Source: Moniliella sp. 'wahieum'
Lineage: Eukaryota
Assembly (NCBI GenBank): GCA_003971905.1
Contig: RSEE01000055.1
Location: 1-64,000 of the forward strand
Direction: 5' to 3'
DNA: 64,000 nt
In this document: positions 59,300 to 64,000 of the stretch, piece by piece
Numbering within the stretch: the first letter of the stretch is position 1
How the letters are laid out: every line of letters begins with the position of its first letter
Notes under the pieces: model-generated
Seen by the model: the letters and a program-made list of their open reading frames with translations, nothing else
The model's database searches: none
What the model was told of the DNA's origin: nothing
Position numbers and translations under genes: made by a program

Positions 59300-62200
59300 A
59301 TGAACTCGCTCTGGCGCGCCTCAGCAGCCGCGACCGCCGCGACCCCGCCGCCGCCTCCGCCGCCGCCTCCGCCTCCGCCTCCGCCCCCCCCGCCACCGCC
59401 ACCGCCATCTCCACCCTCCACCGCCTCCGCCGCCCCCGCCCGCCCGCTCCGTCTCCGTCCCGCGCATCGACCTCGCCGCCGCCGCCGCCGCCACCGCTGC
59501 CGCCACCGCCCCCGCTGCCCCGCCGCTGCCCCTGCCACGGCCACGGCCCCTCCCCCGACGCCTCCCCCGCCCCCAGCCAGACGCCCCCGCGGCCGCCCCA
59601 GCCGCCGCCCTGCGGCCCCCTCGCCCCTCCCGCCCTTCCTCCCCATCCCGCCCCACCGCCTCTCCCCCCCCTCCCCGTCGGCCCCACCTTCTCCGCCGAC
59701 CACGCCCACATCCTCGCATGGAGCCGCGACGAGCAGCCCGCCGCCCCGCCCGCCGCGCTGCCCGAGGCCGCCGCCTGGACCCTCCACCCGCGCGTCGCCC
59801 TCCCGCCCTGCTGGGGATTGAAAACTTTGGCAACACATGCTACGCCAACTCGATCCTCCAGGCGCTGTATGCCTGCCAGCCCTTTCGCTCCCAGGTCCTC
59901 CAGTCCTCCATCCCACAGCTCCGGCTCCACCCCGTCCTCCACCGCTGCCGCCTCGGTCCCCCCTGCCGGGCACCGGCCTGCCCGCGCCTCCCGCACCCGA
60001 CGACGGGCCGGTCGTCGCGGCCCAAGCCACCCTGTATGCCGCGCTCCATGCTCTCTTTACCAGCATGCATCATCGCCAGTGCCAGGCCCTGCTGCCGTCG
60101 CCCGAACCCGAACCGGTGCTGGCCCGGCCTCCAACGGCGATGCCAAACCGCCTCCCACGTCCGTCTCTCCTACCGCAACCAAAGAAGGCGGCCTCTTCTC
60201 CAAACTCACCTCCCTCTCCTCCACTCCGGCCGAGACGAAAAAGGCACGTGTGTTCCTTCCGGACGGGCGGCTATGCTGCGTCCAACTCCATCTCTGCGCC
60301 GTCGGCGTGGCAGGATCGGCCGCCACGCTGCCCAACGGATCGGCCCCGCCAGCCTCTGGCGCAACGCCAACGTTGAATGCCGAAGAGGAGGAGGAGGTGT
60401 CGCGGGTGGGTGCGAATGGAACGGCGTTGGTGGCAACGTCGCAGATTGCCTCCTTTCTCAACGCGCTCAAGAAAAGAACCCGAATTCGACTCGACGATGC
60501 ACCAAGACGCCCATGAAATGCTCAACTTTACGCTCAACCGCATCGCGGAAGACCTGTCGCCGCATCAAGATGCCTTGCTCAAGACCTGGGTCCAGCGCCT
60601 GTTCGAAGGCGTCTTGACAAACGAAACGAAATGCCTCACATGCGAAACGGTACGTCTTCCTCTTTCTTTCTTTTTTACCCCCCCCCCCCCCCCTCCCCCC
60701 CTTAAAAAAAAGGCTGACCCTCCATCCCCTTGCTCTGTCCAGACCACTTCACGCGACGAAAAGTTTCTCGACTTGTCCATCGACATTGAGCAAGACATGT
60801 CGCTCTCCTCGTGCCTGCGGGCGTTTAGCGCGAACGAAGTGTTGCGTTCGCGCAACAAGTTCTTTTGCGATGTGTGCAATGACCTACAAGAAGCCGAAAA
60901 GGGAATGCGAATCCGTGTGCTGCCCAACGTGTTGGCCCTGCACCTGAAACGGTTCAAGTACGAAGAGCAACTACAGCGCTTTGTCAAGCTGTCGTATCGT
61001 GTCCCGTTCTCATCGGAACTACGATTGTTCAACACGTCCGAGGATGCCAATCATCCCGACACGCTCTACCGTCTCTTTGCCATCGTCGTTCACATTGGTG
61101 CCACCCCCCAAGGGCACTACATTGCACTGGCACGTGTCGGTCCCAAGGACGTCCACGGGTCCGAGGAGCAATGGGTCCTGTTTGACGACGATCATGCGCA
61201 ACCGGTGGAACCCGAGTACCTGAATCGCTTCTTTGGCGATAACCCGGCAGCTGGTTCAGCCTACGTCTTGTTCTACCAAGCCGTTCCTGGCTCGGACGAG
61301 ACCAACCCGCACCCGCCCCCAGGAAGAGACTGGCGACCTCTTTCGCCCCATCCCTGACGACCTGCTCTACCGCTACGCGCAGGCGGAGCAGGATGAGATC
61401 CGTCGGCGCCTCGCTGGTCTGCCCGCGCCCGTGGTGGAGAAGGAACGACACAGTTCTCCTTCCCATGGGGGAAGCAACACCATGCCTCGCCTCCCCAAGC
61501 CCCAACGGAGAACCACGATGAAAGCAGCAACCCGGCCAGCCTTCCCTCGCTGCATGCCATGCCCGCTAGCCCGTCCTCCTCCTCTTCGAACGGGATCATC
61601 GCCTCTCCCGGTGCGGCCGGCCGGCGTCGTCGGGTGGGCCGAACGGGTTGACGTCGTCGAACCAAACGCTGGGGCTGGGGCCTAATGGCCACTCCCGTGG
61701 CTGGTTTGGCACGTTTAAGCGCGACAAGCGGCAAAACAGTCTAGCGCCCTCGTTGGCGCCTTCCACCAACTCCATTTCCACCCCTCCCGCACCCTCCCAC
61801 GTCTCCCTGCCCGCATCGACGACAACGGCGTCGGCGGGTGCGTCGCACGCCAACTCGGCCCGCTCCTTCGACCGATAGTGCCCATACCAGTCGTGCCTCG
61901 TTGGTCAGTACCCCGCAGCCGGCCCCGACACCTTCGCCTACTTTACCCCGCCCGTGCGTGGGGAGGTGGGGAGCGAGACGCCGCGCCGGACACTGTTCGA
62001 CCCTCTACCGCACCGCGCGGCTCGTCGCGCGGGCCAGCGCCGCCCCACCCGTACGCGTGCGTACCGGCTCACTCGTCTCGCCGACCGAGGGCGTGTTGTC
62101 CTCCTTTACGTTGGTCAAACCAGAGGAAGAGACCGCGACGCCCGTTGGTCCGCGGTCCACCTCGCCGTTGCGTCCATCGGTGCTGGCGCGGTCTCCTTCG

Positions 62201-63524
62201 CCCATGAGCTCGGCACCGCACCATGTACGCAAAGGTCCTGCGCCTCCGCCTCCGCCACCGCCTGTGACGCAAGCGGGCTCGGCTCGGGCTCGGGATCGGG
62301 ATCGGGATCAGGCTCGTCGTGGGCTCGGGCGCGGGCGCGTCGAAGTACCTACCAACCCATTACCTCGTCCCACGCTTCGTCGGGGGGCGACGCGTCGGGA
62401 GGGAGGACAGGTGCAAGGGGGTCCATGACCTTCCCAACTACCTTGCCCGCTCCCGCTGCGTCTGTGTCTGCGCCCGGAAGCCGACGTGGGTCCAACAATC
62501 CCTTTTTGGTCTTTGCTCAGCCCAACCCGTTTGCCCCACCCGACCAGCCCCCCGCCACTTCCCTTCCTCCAGTCCCCGCGCCGTTTTGCCACGCCGGCCA
62601 AGGTGCCACCCAACCGCTCCCGCCCAAGCTCCCTCCCAAGTTCCCCTGCAAGCTCCCGCTCAAGCTCCCACCCAGGCTGTACCAGCTGCTGCGTCCTCCG
62701 CTCACGCTGAGACCAACCCCTGGTCGTCCATGGCTGCCGCGCCAGCTGTGCCGCCCAGGCGCCGGGTAGGAAGCGCTCGTTGGATGCGCAGGTGCCTGGG
62801 ACAGATATGCGGACGAGTAAGAGTACGCAAGATGTGGCGGCAGGGCCTTTTACCGTGGTAGCACCTCCCCTGGGCGACCGCGTGTGCCTCGGCCACACAC
62901 ATCGGGCAACATCCCCACCCGGCGCCCGTCGGGTTCGGGTTCGGGTTCGGGTTCGGGTTCAGGCATGGGTCTGGGCTGGCCTACCGAGTCCGCTCTGTCT
63001 GCCCGACCGGGTGATACGAACGGGAGCCATTGTGGTGGGCACGACGTTGACGCGGCCGAGTACAAACGGGGGTGCGACGCGCGCCCCGCACCCTCCGCCA
63101 GTTACCGTGCCGTTCAAGGACAAGGATGCGAGCCGGCGTCGGTCGGAGTGTCGAATCTGTGGGGCCGAATGCGGGAGGACCGACGGACGAATGGGGAGCA
63201 GCCGGGCAGCGGCGCGGCGGCAGCGCGACCGAACGTGCCGAGACGGATCGTTTCGTTGCATGGGCACGAACACGATGTGCCGCGACGGACGGGTGGCTCG
63301 TGGGTCCCCCCCCTGTACCCGTGCCCGTTCCGGCCTCTGGGTCGGCGTCTGCGTCGGGTGCGCGCCACCTCCGCGGTCCGAGCCTCGGCTCACCCGACTC
63401 GCTCGGCCTGCCGGCCGGGGCCGCGCCCGAGCTGGGCGGTCGCGCCGGTCGTATTCCCACGCGGGGACCCAATGGCGGGCGCAAACCCTCGTTGGCGTTC
63501 CGCCTGGGATTAAAGAAAGCCTAG
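59300..63524 (+). CDS. creB: Ubiquitin-specific protease (CreB/Ubp9-Ubp13/USP12-46 type) with long disordered C-terminus; intron 60650-60742
   Basis: [19 protein letters not shown] (Cys box); [62 protein letters not shown] (His box); LFDD; AYVLFYQ. The end at 63524 (..[10 protein letters not shown]) is inferred. Confidence 0.9.
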
Positions 63525-64000
63525 CTGGCCCGCAAGGTGAGGGGAGCACGTGCCTGCCTTGGATTTGTCGTGGGCAGGGGTTCGTTGTTCCCAGCCACTC
63601 CTCCCCCCCCCCCGCCTGAACAAAATGGGTTACTTTGTCTTCCTTTTTCTTTACTGGTTTCTTCTCTCTTTCTCTCTTCTTCTCTTTTTCTTCCTTTTCT
63701 CCAGGACAGGACCTCCTACCTGCTCTCTCGCCCTCCCCCCCTCCCCTCTCTGGTTCGGCCCCTGCAGTGGTTGGTTGCCTGAGTGGCTAAAGTGTTAGGT
63801 TCTGCTCTGGACATGTGGACCTTCCATCTTCCTCTTTGCCTTTTTTTCGTCTCTCTTTCCTCCGTTTCCTCCGTTTCCTCCTCGTTTCCTTTCCTCCTCG
63901 TTTTTTCTTCTCTTCTCTCCCTCTCCCCATTTCCTCTTTTCCCCCGTCTGCTCTGTTCGTTCTTTCTCTCCTTCTCTCGCGCTGGTAAGCCTGTGAAAAA

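Noticed and set aside
6536..63524. Mass pseudogenisation or programmed frameshifting
   Set aside because: Indels hit essential genes indiscriminately, with no recurring slippery motif; best explained by long-read error.
63600..64000. Hydrophobic Phe/Leu/Ser ORFs at the window end (and at 21328-21792)
   Set aside because: Translation of pyrimidine-rich 3' UTR low-complexity sequence.

Overview
Gene-dense, GC-rich eukaryotic DNA from a fungus. Short GT-AG introns (GTACGT/GTATGT donors, CTRAC branch sites), low intron density and the protein sequences suggest a basidiomycete, plausibly smut-like (Ustilaginomycotina); this is inference. Nearly every gene carries 1-2 nt indels, including RPL19 and RPS27, so the assembly looks unpolished and gene ends are approximate. 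Recognisable genes in order: intron-containing tRNA-Gly(GCC), a DUF2235/Tle1-like alpha/beta hydrolase with a long SVK-repeat N-terminus, RRS1, an Old-Yellow-Enzyme-family oxidoreductase, ERG27, alanine aminotransferase, LAG1/LAC1 ceramide synthase, a small orphan gene, an atypical intron-containing tRNA-Lys(CTT), a Tea1/Kel1 kelch protein, Ies2, an Mrs2-family Mg2+ channel, LETM1/Mdm38, a large Pro/Ser-rich hypothetical protein, BCKDH E2, Lin1/CD2BP2, a LIM protein, a head-to-head RPL19/RPS27 pair, a Vps3/Vam6-like CNH protein and a CreB/Ubp9-like deubiquitinase. The lower-GC intergenic islands appear to hold very decayed retroelements: one Ty3/gypsy RT relic and several tyrosine-recombinase (DIRS/Ngaro-like) relics, two of them just 3' of the two tRNA genes. 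Intergenic DNA also carries many short heptamer tandem arrays (notably GCTTGAA) and recurrent promoter CACGTGAC boxes. I found no CRISPR array, rRNA or clearly new multi-gene system. The best leads are the tRNA-adjacent YR relics, the heptamer arrays, the repeat-fused DUF2235 protein and the orphan gene.
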